A stretch of 28,312 bases of DNA from Methanobacterium sp. (GCA_003166335.1 PMWA01000045.1:21571-49882), one strand, 5' to 3'; shown: positions 19,182 through 28,312, counted from the first letter of the stretch. The notes: a model not told the origin generated them from the sequence alone. Program-made: numbers and translations.

Positions 19182-20180
19182 ATGAGTTTTATGATTGCAA
19201 TAGAGACTATCGATTTAACTAAAAGATTCGAAAACTTGATCGCTGTAGATAAAGTGAATCTAAAGGTTGATCAAGGTGAAATATTCGGGTTACTAGGTCC
19301 CAACGGCGCTGGTAAAAGCACATTTATATCCATGCTATGCACTATTTTGAAGCCCTCATCGGGTACGGCTAAGGTAGAAGGCTACGATATTATGCGTGAG
19401 GCAGGTGATGTACGGCGTTCCATAGGAATAGTCTTCCAAGATCCAAGTATAGATGATAAACTCACGGGTATGGAGAATATGGAATTGCACGCTGATCTGT
19501 ATGATGTTCCTCGTGATGTGATGCACTCCCGAATAAATGAAGTATTACAATTAGTCGAGTTAGAAGATCGTGCCTCACATAACGTTAACACGTATTCCGG
19601 AGGTATGAGACGTCGATTAGAGATAGCAAGGAGTTTAATACACTATCCCAGAGTACTATTCTTAGATGAACCTACAGTAGGCTTGGATCCGCAAAGTCGT
19701 GAACATATCTGGAATTATATCCGGGCTTTAAAGAAAAGAGAAAATATCACCATTATACTTACCACGCATTACATGGAAGAAGCGGATAAGCTATGTGACC
19801 GCATAGCCATTATCGACAAGAGCAAAATTATTGCCTTAGACACTCCCCAAAAACTTAGATGTGAATTGGGAGGTGAAACCATCCTCATTGAATCCAATAA
19901 TAACGATCTTTTATCTGAAAAAATTACCGAAGCCAAACTCGTTGATAATATCATGATAACTGAGAAAGAACTTAATTTAACTGTTAAAAATGCCCATACT
20001 GCATTGGCACGTATCGTTGAATTAGCAGTGTCAATTGGCGTTTACATCGACAATATTTCGATAAGAGAGCCAGATCTGAATGATGTGTTTATGTATTATA
20101 CTGGAAGGGAAATTCGTGAAGGCGGTGGCAGCAAAGAGCTTACAGGAATGGCTGCTAGAATGAGGGGGAGGATAAAATAA
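19182..20180 (+). CDS. DrrA-family ABC exporter ATP-binding protein
   Basis: Walker A GPNGAGKS, signature YSGGMRRRLE, Walker B LFLDEPTVGLD, TTHYMEEAD, and C-terminal P.LNDVF..YTG. Confidence 0.93.
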   Translation: MSFMIAIETIDLTKRFENLIAVDKVNLKVDQGEIFGLLGPNGAGKSTFISMLCTILKPSSGTAKVEGYDIMREAGDVRRSIGIVFQDPSIDDKLTGMENMELHADLYDVPRDVMHSRINEVLQLVELEDRASHNVNTYSGGMRRRLEIARSLIHYPRVLFLDEPTVGLDPQSREHIWNYIRALKKRENITIILTTHYMEEADKLCDRIAIIDKSKIIALDTPQKLRCELGGETILIESNNNDLLSEKITEAKLVDNIMITEKELNLTVKNAHTALARIVELAVSIGVYIDNISIREPDLNDVFMYYTGREIREGGGSKELTGMAARMRGRIK

Positions 20181-20929
20181 GTGAATATCGAGGTATTTAT
20201 GCCTTATGGCGGCGTGAACTTAAACGTTTTATACGTGATCGTTCACGATTAATCAGTTCAGTGGTTACGCCAATACTTTGGCTTGTAATTTTTGGTAGTG
20301 GTTTACGATTATCCGTGTCGATACCTGGTGTAAATTATCTGCAATTCCTTCTGCCCGGTATTATTGCACAGACACTTCTTTTTACAGCGATATTTCTGGG
20401 TATTTCAGTGATTTGGGATCGGCAGTTTGGTTTTATGAAGGAGATATTAGTAGCACCTATTGGTCGAACCTCCATTTTTGCAGGTAAGATGTTTGGAGTG
20501 GGCACCGCTGCCATGTTCCAAGGACTTATTGTAATTTTACTAGGAATTATTATTGCCGTTCCGCTAACCTTGTATGGGGTTAGCTTAGCTATTCCCATTA
20601 TGATATTAATAACAGTGGGTTTAACTTGTATTGGTTTGATTATAGCCAGTCTCATGACCAGTTTGGAAAGCTTCGGAACTATCGTGACTTTCGTTAACAT
20701 GCCCATGTTCTTCTTAAGTGGTGCATTATTCCCGGTAACCAGTCTACCCTCATGGTTACAATGGGTATTTTACATTAACCCTTTAACTTATGGTGTAGAT
20801 ACTCTGCGAGGGGTAATGATACCGGGATGGCATACTTTACTGCCAATTTCCTATGAAATCCTGATTATATGTGTCTTTGATGTGGTTATGGTTGTTATTG
20901 GAACATATTTATTCACTAAAAGACAATAA
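20177..20929 (+). CDS. ABC-2 (DrrB-like) permease; apparent start codon ATA
   Basis: The frame upstream of GTG 20261 encodes the expected N-terminal motif (SEYRGIYALWRRELKRFIRDRSRL). The body has DRQFGFMKEILVAP, FLSGALFP and NPLTYGVD. Confidence 0.85.
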   Translation: MSEYRGIYALWRRELKRFIRDRSRLISSVVTPILWLVIFGSGLRLSVSIPGVNYLQFLLPGIIAQTLLFTAIFLGISVIWDRQFGFMKEILVAPIGRTSIFAGKMFGVGTAAMFQGLIVILLGIIIAVPLTLYGVSLAIPIMILITVGLTCIGLIIASLMTSLESFGTIVTFVNMPMFFLSGALFPVTSLPSWLQWVFYINPLTYGVDTLRGVMIPGWHTLLPISYEILIICVFDVVMVVIGTYLFTKRQ

Positions 20930-21073
20930 AAAAAACTTTGATTTATTTGGAACTATTATAAAAAAAATATTTTTTTTTAGATATCAGTTTTTTTGAATAA
21001 AAAAAAATTATAGAATAAAGTTTATATTAATAAATGTATTAAAAAATTATTTTAATATACAAATCATTTCAAA

Positions 21074-21081
21074 TTTATATA
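21074..21081 (+). promoter_or_regulatory. Probable TATA box for the yjbQ-like gene
   Basis: TTTATATA about 65 nt upstream of ATG 21145. Confidence 0.45.
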
Positions 21082-21144
21082 GATGACAGATTTTACAAAA
21101 ATATCTATTTTATTATTAAAAAATTTAAGGAGTGGATAAGAGGA

Positions 21145-21555
21145 ATGTTAATAATAACTGAAGAATTAGAACTTGAAACAACAGATAAAGTAGAAATAGT
21201 TGAAATTACTAGTAATATTAACGCGGCCATAGCAGAAAGTGGTATAAGGAAAGGATTAGTGAATATTTACAGTAAACATTCCACTTCCGGAGTCTTCATA
21301 AATGAGAATGAATCGGGATTACTAGACGATTTCATGGATGCAATTCAACTTATAGTTCCAACGAATGGAAATTTCCAGCACAATCGGATTGATAATAACG
21401 CAGATTCACATTTAAGATCATTTTTAATTGGATGCAATGAAACCATTCCATTTGAAGAAGCTAAAATGAGTCTTGGAACATGGCAAAGTGTTTTCTTCCT
21501 GGAATTTGACGGTCCACGGACTAGACATATTAAAATTACCATTATCGGAGAATAA
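21145..21555 (+). CDS. yjbQ: YjbQ/UPF0047 family protein (secondary thiamine-phosphate synthase-like)
   Basis: Motifs HSTSG..INENE, HN..DNNADSHL and LGTWQSVFFLEFDGPR. Confidence 0.92.
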   Translation: MLIITEELELETTDKVEIVEITSNINAAIAESGIRKGLVNIYSKHSTSGVFINENESGLLDDFMDAIQLIVPTNGNFQHNRIDNNADSHLRSFLIGCNETIPFEEAKMSLGTWQSVFFLEFDGPRTRHIKITIIGE

Positions 21556-21611
21556 AAAAAAAATTCTTTTATAAAAAAAATAGGAATAAATATAGAATAA
21601 GTATCGTTAAT

Positions 21612-23279
21612 TTATTCCTTAAAAATCACTTCAAAAGCAACCACGGGATATTCCAAGTTAAAATTGGTTATAACCTCTGGATGCATCTCTCCGAAAAATC
21701 CTTCAATTACTGAAAATTCTTCTCTTTTTTCATTCCATCCCATCAGAGAGGCACATCTGCCTTTAATAAAAGATGGATGATTCAACGGTTTTATTTTCCA
21801 TTGTAAACCTAAATTGCTGATAAAAGATGCTGTGATAGATTTTATCTCCGTGAAATTAGCAGCTGAATGCATTACAAGAGCTGCTAGTTTCTTAATTCCC
21901 CGAGTATGTGTTTCGGTTGATTTATCAAGGTAAACGGTTTCTCCGACTTCAAATATCTTTTGAGGTAATTCTTCATGAGTATTACTCTCCAAAAATTCCA
22001 TTAAACCATTAAGCAGGCTTTTACGAATCATAGTACGATCCTGACTAATTGGCTGAGCCACCACCACCCTCTCATCTACAGGCTGGTTCATATTATTATA
22101 ATGCTGTTCTTCACTAGTGAGCATTAGACTCATCACTTCATAGAAACCCAATCCAATCATTATCTCCCGTAAATTATTATCGAATACTTTTCCTTTATCT
22201 TCAGAGGCTATAGTCATAACATCAGGTAAGTTAGCTTTAATCATGCGGAAATCATAGCCAATAGCAATATTTTCGATAACATCCACCTCATGGAGGATGT
22301 CAATACGATACGAAGGTACTCTAACCAGAATTTCTGTTTCATTTAACTCTTCAGCATCTAATCTCACCCGACGAAGCATATCTACTACACCGGGAATTGT
22401 TAAATCGACGTCTATCATTTTTTGAGCATTTTCAATGTTCACAATCTTTTCTTTAGGGGTGAAGTCAGGAGTTATAATACTTTTATCTTTATAAACAGTA
22501 TGCATAGTTTTTATACTAGCACCGGTTTCTGCAAATGAAGATGTTATAATATTTAATGTATGATTCACAGCTTTTTCATCAGTTCCAGTTACATCTACTA
22601 ATACATTTGTGGTTTGTTTAGTTAGCTTGGTGAGTTCTCCATTGATTATAGGTGGCATGGAGAGAACATTATTCTCCGAATCCATTATTAATGGATATTT
22701 AGAATATTTATCCAGTAAATGCGCGTATTTATGGCCTTTCTTATGACTTTGGAGGATCTCTTCAAGAGTCATCTCCTCTTCCATATCTAATGGTGTGAAG
22801 GAGGTTTCAAATGGATGAGCAGCTTGATAATAAAAGGGTGGGGTTAAAACATCTAGATTATGGATTCCTATAGCTACTTTTTTACGGTCTCTACCTAAAA
22901 CCCAGTGCAAGTCTTCTTGGAATTCCATTAATTGAATTAATTTTTCATCATCTAATTTTATACCCTCCACTATAGCGCAGGATGTGTAGGGTCTTATAGA
23001 AGCAAGTTCAGGATCAACGGTAATACTGGTCCCTGATGATGATAAATTATAATAGGGTAGTCCTGTTTCTATATCTAGGAATCCTTTTAATGTACGTGCT
23101 ATTCCTTCAACTGAGAAATGATCAGGTCTGTTAGGAAAGAATTCCACTTTTAGATTCTCATCATCATAGTCTTCAATGTCACTACCGATCATAGGGAGAA
23201 GATCTATGAGGTCCTTTTTTTTCATGGAACTGCCTAAAAGTTGGTTAATATTGTTATAGGTGAAGTTTATAACTGGCAT
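21612..23279 (-). CDS. pheT: Phenylalanyl-tRNA synthetase beta subunit (archaeal type)
   Basis: Motifs [50 protein letters not shown] and FGEMHPEV. Confidence 0.97.
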   Translation of the reverse strand: MPVINFTYNNINQLLGSSMKKKDLIDLLPMIGSDIEDYDDENLKVEFFPNRPDHFSVEGIARTLKGFLDIETGLPYYNLSSSGTSITVDPELASIRPYTSCAIVEGIKLDDEKLIQLMEFQEDLHWVLGRDRKKVAIGIHNLDVLTPPFYYQAAHPFETSFTPLDMEEEMTLEEILQSHKKGHKYAHLLDKYSKYPLIMDSENNVLSMPPIINGELTKLTKQTTNVLVDVTGTDEKAVNHTLNIITSSFAETGASIKTMHTVYKDKSIITPDFTPKEKIVNIENAQKMIDVDLTIPGVVDMLRRVRLDAEELNETEILVRVPSYRIDILHEVDVIENIAIGYDFRMIKANLPDVMTIASEDKGKVFDNNLREIMIGLGFYEVMSLMLTSEEQHYNNMNQPVDERVVVAQPISQDRTMIRKSLLNGLMEFLESNTHEELPQKIFEVGETVYLDKSTETHTRGIKKLAALVMHSAANFTEIKSITASFISNLGLQWKIKPLNHPSFIKGRCASLMGWNEKREEFSVIEGFFGEMHPEVITNFNLEYPVVAFEVIFKE

Positions 23280-23352
23280 ATAATTTCAAATCCATATTTT
23301 TTTGTAAATTTAAAATAATTAAATTATATATTTTTTTGGAAAACTTTTGTTT

Positions 23353-23730
23353 TTATATTGATAATATTGAAAGCACTATTATAAAGAATAGTGATTCGAT
23401 AGTGAAGTGTAACGCACGATGCTGTAACCATCTAAGTTTAACTCCAGATAATTCATGTGATAAATCCACTACAAAATGGATTAATGCTGCTAGAAATCCT
23501 ATTTCCAGGGAGAAGAATAATAATGAAAGTAGTATTAGGTGGAAAACTGATTCCATGCCTTCATGGACTATCCATAATCTTATATTGGATTTTATACTTC
23601 TTCGCAGTAAACCTGCAAATAGTATGTAAAAATCAGCGAAATAAGTCCATAATAATTGACTGTGAATTTCATCACTAATGGCTAGAACCACTGCAATGTA
23701 AAACCATAATATTTCCAAGGTAAAAACCAC
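23353..23730 (-). CDS. Small hypothetical membrane protein with His/Asp/Glu-rich helices
   Basis: 125-aa GTG-start ORF with hydrophobic segments and the motifs [22 protein letters not shown] and HRALHF..E. Co-oriented upstream of pheT. Confidence 0.72.
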   Translation of the reverse strand: MVFTLEILWFYIAVVLAISDEIHSQLLWTYFADFYILFAGLLRRSIKSNIRLWIVHEGMESVFHLILLSLLFFSLEIGFLAALIHFVVDLSHELSGVKLRWLQHRALHFTIESLFFIIVLSILSI

Positions 23731-23815
23731 GTTTAAAATTTTTTTTTATATAAATTTTTTTTTTAATATTATTATTATTCATAAATATTAATAATTGGTG
23801 AAATATATTGGGGGG

Positions 23816-24023
23816 ATGAAATCAAGCACTTCCATTTAGATCGATTGAAATTATCCAATCTCTCTCGAGTTCTAAACGATCAAAGAAATACTTGAAAATC
23901 TTTATTCAATATTATTATATGCATTTAATAAAAACCCAACGGAATTGATTGAAGAATCAAGATAGATTAATAGGATAAGGAGTAAGGGTATGAAAATCCG
24001 TCTAATCAAAAAAACATCTTAAT
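23816..24023 (+). pseudogene. Possible decayed N-terminal fragment of a methanogen integrase-like gene
   Basis: Frameshifted and stop-interrupted peptides (SKKYLKIFIQYY / YAFNKNPTELIEESR*...GMKIRLIKK). From memory, these resemble the K-T-P-T-E-L-I-E-E-A...M-R-K-R-K-I-K segment of Methanobacteriales tyrosine-recombinase-like proteins. Confidence 0.3.
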
Positions 24024-24246
24024 TAACTAAAAATCATCATAAATCTGAAAGAATGAATTAATTAAACAACATAAAGATGTTTAATAGAGAAAAATTCTAT
24101 GAATTATGGAATAGAATGGGAGATCATCCAAATGAATTACATAATCCATTCTATATCTTAATCTGAATTAAAAAACATAGTTTATAAAATAAGTTTGACT
24201 TGATTTTAAATCTTTAAACCATATTTTAACATGATTTAAGCGTTTA

Positions 24247-24624
24247 TTAACTCGCATCATAATTTATTGGTATTATAGCCCCATTTCCATCTAGTTTTTG
24301 GGTACTACTCTTATTACTTGTTGTCGTCTGGCTTGGTGTTTGATCCGAAGTTATATTGACAGTATTATTTGAGTTAATTATAGTCTTTGAATTGAAAGTT
24401 GTAGGTGACTGTTTTGTACTATCATTTGTTGTATTACTACTATTATGACTTTGATTCATTAAAGGAATTATAGGTTGTATTTGATTATTAATATAAACAT
24501 AACCAGCTGCAAAGCCAAAAATAATTATTAAAGAAAATAAACTTAAATATAAAGCCGTATAAGCCTTTGATTTATGTTGCGACTTTGGTATTTCCGCTAA
24601 CGTTCATATTCCCCTATTTTTCAT
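24247..24624 (-). pseudogene. Membrane-anchored Asn/Thr/Ser-rich protein gene with a disrupted 5' end
   Basis: The listed 70-aa ORF extends in frame 48 codons upstream through a TM helix (LYLSLFSLIIIFGFAAGYVYI). The only upstream ATG (24624) is followed by an in-frame TGA at 24606-24604. Confidence 0.55.
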
Positions 24625-25303
24625 CTTTTATTAACATTATCAGACTCGCAAAGAATCTAGGTACGATTTTTTTTCTCCAAAAACTACTTTTTTTAATATA
24701 ATATTATATGTCATCAAAGGTTTATAAATTATGGTGCATTAAAATGTAATAGAATGAATTAACTTTATTCATGTTAAAAAAAATTTTAAAATTAAAAAGT
24801 TATGAATATTAATATAATAGGTAATATAATATATTATCATAAAAAACCTTTTATCCAAATTATCCAAAAGAATACATTCGATTTATAAAAACAGATTTAA
24901 GGTCTCAAACGAAAAAGAATTTATACAAACCCTGGGGAAGAATAGAACCTATAAATTAAAAATGAAAAAAAGAATAACTCACAAGACATTTTTTTTTAGT
25001 AAAAAAATATCACTATGGCTAAAAGAAAGAATTTTTAGAGAATTAGGTTCAGAAAATACTGGATAATTTACCTAATAAATCTTAAAGAAAAAAATTAAGT
25101 AATTTAAAATAGGTTTTAGCACGATTAACAATTAAAATAAAAAAAGTTATTTAAATTTGTGAATTTTTAAAAAATTGGGTAGATAAAAAAATATTCAAAA
25201 ATTGAATTCAAACTATGGAATACTAGCTGAATGATGATTATTTAGATAACAACATATTAAAACCTTATACATGTTTTTTTTTACTTTTTCCTGTAAAATT
25301 GAT

Positions 25304-25840
25304 TTATTTTCTAGAAAGTTCATCAAAGAGACCATTTATAAGATTAAAAAATACATGATCACTTAAAACAGGTTTCATTCCCTCCAATGAAGCTTTTTCT
25401 TTAAGATTTGCAAACTTAATTGCTCCTGGAGTAGGTTCAGCCCAGTAAGTTTCTTTTAATTTATATACTCTTAATATCCAAATAAAGGCCGATGGACCGG
25501 TCATATAATTTTTTATATGGTCACGAGTCCAGATGTAATATTTAGCTGGAGGTATCCATGAAACGGGTTTTTCGGTTATCTTCTCTAGGGTAGCATAATA
25601 TTTAATTAAAACTTTATCATCTTTTTTCTCGGGTAAAGTGTTATTTTCCACAAAATCATGGTAATTCGTCTGGAAACTATCCAAATAATCATTTTTTAAG
25701 GCATAACTTACAGTGGGATAAAATAAAAACTCGGTTACATTAGTTTTATAATTCCGAATTAATATACTCTGTTTACCTTGACCCAATGCTTCTACAGTGG
25801 CATTCCATTCTTTAAGGCATTTATTACTAGTTGATTCCAT
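25304..25840 (-). CDS. DUF1802-family protein
   Basis: CLKEWNATVEALGQGKQSILIR, FLFYPT and LRVYKL match DUF1802. ATG 25840 lies behind a GAGTGA RBS. Confidence 0.82.
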   Translation of the reverse strand: MESTSNKCLKEWNATVEALGQGKQSILIRNYKTNVTEFLFYPTVSYALKNDYLDSFQTNYHDFVENNTLPEKKDDKVLIKYYATLEKITEKPVSWIPPAKYYIWTRDHIKNYMTGPSAFIWILRVYKLKETYWAEPTPGAIKFANLKEKASLEGMKPVLSDHVFFNLINGLFDELSRK

Positions 25841-26203
25841 ATTTATCACTCAAAAAAAAATTGTCCCAAAAAAATTTTTTATAAAATCTAATTTTAGTTT
25901 CCTGCTACGACAATATTTTGAAATAAAATGTTAGTTTGAAGGACTTATAATAATCAGCAAACTAATTCTATCATTTTATAAATTGATTAATTGTAATTTT
26001 TTTCTACAAAAGTAATAAGATCATATTCATAATAATAATCTACTTTTTCATATTAATTTAAACATTAAACATTTCAATAAAAATAATATAAACTTTATAA
26101 GTTAAATATTATTTTACTTAAATTAGTAAATTTTTAAAAATAATTAATATTATTCGAGCTAAAAAAAAAGAAATTATTAAAAAAAAAAAAATTTAGAAAA
26201 ATT

Positions 26204-26413
26204 TTAAGATAGTTCTTCAACAGCTAATTCAATGTCCGACGCGTTAACAGTAACTCTTCCCGCATGCTTCGCGAGTTTAACTGCTTGAATGGCCACTTCT
26301 TCAGCCCATTGTTCTAATACTTTTTCTAAAGCTTCTTCTGCACCAGCACTGACCCTTTGTCCGCCGGCATTTTTTATTAATCTTCCTATTGGAGCTATTG
26401 GTAATTCACCCAT
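26204..26413 (-). CDS. Archaeal histone (HMf family), divergent acidic variant
   Basis: MGELPIAPIGRLIKNAG..RVS...LAKHAGR.TV...DIELA. The start is ATG 26413, behind a GTGA RBS (69 aa). Confidence 0.95.
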   Translation of the reverse strand: MGELPIAPIGRLIKNAGGQRVSAGAEEALEKVLEQWAEEVAIQAVKLAKHAGRVTVNASDIELAVEELS

Positions 26414-26448
26414 ATCAATCACTAAAATATAATTAAATAACTCCATAT

Positions 26449-26456
26449 TATTTAAA
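26449..26456 (-). promoter_or_regulatory. TATA box of the histone gene
   Basis: TTTAAATA on the minus strand, about 36 nt upstream of the ATG. Confidence 0.6.
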
Positions 26457-26829
26457 TATACCGAATTATAAATTAGCTAAGTTCATATTCAGCTAAAATC
26501 TTCAATAGTGTAATAATTAAATCATTTATAAAATCAAAATTATTCATATAACTAAATATTATAGATAATCCTTACAAAAATAAAGATATATTATCCCACT
26601 TGTATATGAGAAAATATAGTCAACTAGTATTAATTTCATTATTTCCGGCATCAATTTAAAGATAAAGAGATTAAGGAAAATCTGGCAAAGAATGTTTTTA
26701 TAACCCGCATATTAGGGGGAAATAATTTATGAGGATTGTATCTTCAAAAATAACATCTTCTATCTATTAAATAAAACTCCCTCTACTATTGGGAATCCTA
26801 TGAACCAAAAAGGAACATTTAATATGGAG

Positions 26830-27206
26830 GGATTTAATCTTACTAGATACTGGGCATCCCTTCAACGCTGATGAAAAACTTAAAATCATGGACACCGAAG
26901 ATTTTGAACTAGTCCAACAGATCATCCGGGATCTCAAGGTTGATAAGATAATTTCGAGATGCAGCTGGAGAAGCAAAATAAGTACTTAGCAATGTTGGAG
27001 AAAAACGATAGTTTTAAAAATTGGTGGATAAAATACAATACGGAAATAGACTTTGGATCTGTATGAAATCACACCCGATATCAAATACAAAAATTTCTTA
27101 AAGCTCATTGATCATGTTAACTGGGAATTTGACAGGGCACGACGAGAAGGAAAGAACCATGACCCTAGAAAAGAAAAAACAAACCAAACTCAATGAATTT
27201 CTTTAA
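26830..27206 (+). pseudogene. Frameshifted gene remnant ending in a PIP-box-like motif
   Basis: Protein-like fragments in successive frames: NADEKLKIMDTEDFELVQQIIRDLK / NFEMQLEKQNKYLAMLEK / LYEITPDIKYKNFLKLIDHVNWEFDR / EKKKQTKLNEFL*. Confidence 0.4.
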
Positions 27207-27349
27207 TATCCTGTTTTAATGGATTAAACAGTTATAAGAATTCAATGTAAAGATCATTTTCAAGTTTCTTTATACATGGAATATTAAAGCTTAAAAACAA
27301 TAAATAAACTTGATAAAACTATGATTCGAAATCATGGATTAATAACTAC

Positions 27350-27393
27350 TATTAAAAAGAAAAAAAAGTTTAAGTGTGTTAGTACCACACTTA
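27350..27393 (-). terminator. Hairpin plus U-tract downstream of the PMBR/transglutaminase-like gene
   Basis: Perfect 8-bp inverted repeat TAAGTGTG (27371-27378) / CACACTTA (27386-27393) with a 7-nt loop, followed on the minus strand by a T-rich run. It begins 8 nt after the stop codon. Confidence 0.7.
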
Positions 27394-27400
27394 CTTGATA

Positions 27401-28312
27401 TTATCCGCCTTCTTCAACTACGAATGGTCCGTCACCTAGTTCGCCGTAGTGTTGAGAGTTATATTTTGCATAATCCCATACTACCCATCCATTACCAATA
27501 TTAATCTCAACCCATCTGTGAAGGTAGTAGATACCACTTGGATTGGAAGCTTCCATAATTCGAGTTTCTATACCTTTTGCTGTTAATTGTTCATACAACC
27601 ATCCACTATCTGCCCAACAATCTCCATACCCACATTGGGCCATTACTGATGGACTGGATTGTCCTTGGACATCTGCGAATTTTGCTTCTGCTGTTCCGAT
27701 AGCATTTAATATAGATTGTACGTTAGAAGTTGTAGTGTTTGTACTAGCAGTTTTCCACGGTGTAACTGAAACGTAGTTGGGTAATCTCTGGTTTGTGTTT
27801 TGGAAGTTCAGTATTTTACTGAATGTATATATTGTGTTTTGGAAGTTAAGTATTCCGAGTGAAGTGTTTAAGGAATTGGGTGCTGTTCCTGTGGAATTAA
27901 TGGTTTTTTGAATGCTCTGCGCGAGATTGAGATAATTTGATTCAAGTATATTCCCGTTTTTAACAGTCTCTGGGGGGTCGGATGGGCTTTGCACTGTTTT
28001 AATGGTTATTGGTGTGGTTAATCCTTTGTTAATGTCCAGCAAGTTTGCTGTGATTAATTGAAGGAATTGTGGCATTGTAACTTCAGTGTTAGCGATTGTA
28101 ACGTAATTGGGTAATCTTTGGTTGGTTTGCACAAAATTAGTTACGGTGGTTGCTGCAGTGTTAATTTGCTTACTAGTGAAACTTACACTAGCGGGTGATC
28201 CAGCAGCTTTCACAGTTGATGTAGTGTTAGCTGTTGTTATTTTAGTTAGGTTTGTTACATTTGTTAAATTATGATTTGTAATGGGATTTGTTTGATTAGA
28301 AGTCCCATTTGT
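27401..28312 (-). CDS. Pseudomurein-binding-repeat protein with transglutaminase-like (Cys-His-Asp) domain; 5' end outside the window
   Basis: The frame is open to the window edge (N/T-rich linker). There are four PMBR-like units (e.g. FVQTNQRLPNYV, TMPQFLQL, FQNTNQRLPNYV), and the C-terminus has GDCWADS, LHRWVEI and GWVVWD. Confidence 0.88.
   Translation of the reverse strand, partial: TNGTSNQTNPITNHNLTNVTNLTKITTANTTSTVKAAGSPASVSFTSKQINTAATTVTNFVQTNQRLPNYVTIANTEVTMPQFLQLITANLLDINKGLTTPITIKTVQSPSDPPETVKNGNILESNYLNLAQSIQKTINSTGTAPNSLNTSLGILNFQNTIYTFSKILNFQNTNQRLPNYVSVTPWKTASTNTTTSNVQSILNAIGTAEAKFADVQGQSSPSVMAQCGYGDCWADSGWLYEQLTAKGIETRIMEASNPSGIYYLHRWVEINIGNGWVVWDYAKYNSQHYGELGDGPFVVEEGG

Noticed and set aside
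17537..23279. pyrI without pyrB and pheT without pheS
   Set aside because: Split loci for these subunits are common in methanogens.
24851..24868. TTATCCAAA tandem repeat, DnaA-box-like
   Set aside because: There are only two copies in AT-rich DNA, archaea do not use DnaA, and no cdc6/ORB context is present.
26767..26976. 69-aa minus-strand ORF
   Set aside because: The plus-strand frames here look more protein-like, so this is probably the shadow of a remnant.
23731..27400. CRISPR array, tRNA gene or intact IS element in the long intergenic regions
   Set aside because: No regularly spaced repeats, GC-rich cloverleaf, transposase ORF or terminal inverted repeats were visible.
1027..27776. 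Other short ORFs overlapping assigned genes (e.g. 2801-3064, 10361-10660, 13123-13476, 20335-20706, 23336-23629, 27543-27776)
   Set aside because: They lie antisense to confident CDSs and have non-protein-like composition.

Overview
A low-GC archaeal window, most likely a Methanobacterium-like member of the Methanobacteriaceae. This rests on a pseudomurein-binding-repeat protein, an HMf-type histone, archaeal TgtA, NAC, SecFD and PheT, and TTTAWATA promoters. From left to right it holds: the end of a cell-surface glycosylation cluster (partial gmd, two GT2 enzymes, DUF2304); an iron-sulfur flavoprotein; an MnmC/MnmD-like methyltransferase; a tightly coupled five-gene operon (tgtA, nac, Icc/CpdA-like metallophosphoesterase, Regnase/NYN-like PIN nuclease, membrane-anchored tandem-palm GGDD protein); argJ-argB-argC; secF-secD-pyrI; an MBL-fold hydrolase; a DrrAB-type ABC exporter whose permease seems to start at ATA; yjbQ; and pheT. 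The last part is a gene-poor, apparently decaying accessory region (about 23.7-27.4 kb) with DUF1802, an acidic histone variant and several gene fragments, followed by a PMBR/transglutaminase-like cell-wall enzyme that runs off the window. The best candidate for an undescribed system is 8263-11237. It combines a putative nucleotide cyclase/polymerase, a cyclic-nucleotide phosphodiesterase-like enzyme and an RNase with a duplicated C-terminal domain, which is a possible synthase-eraser-effector signalling module inside a tRNA-modification/NAC operon. No rRNA, tRNA, CRISPR array or intact mobile element was seen. All family calls come from motif recognition, not database searches.
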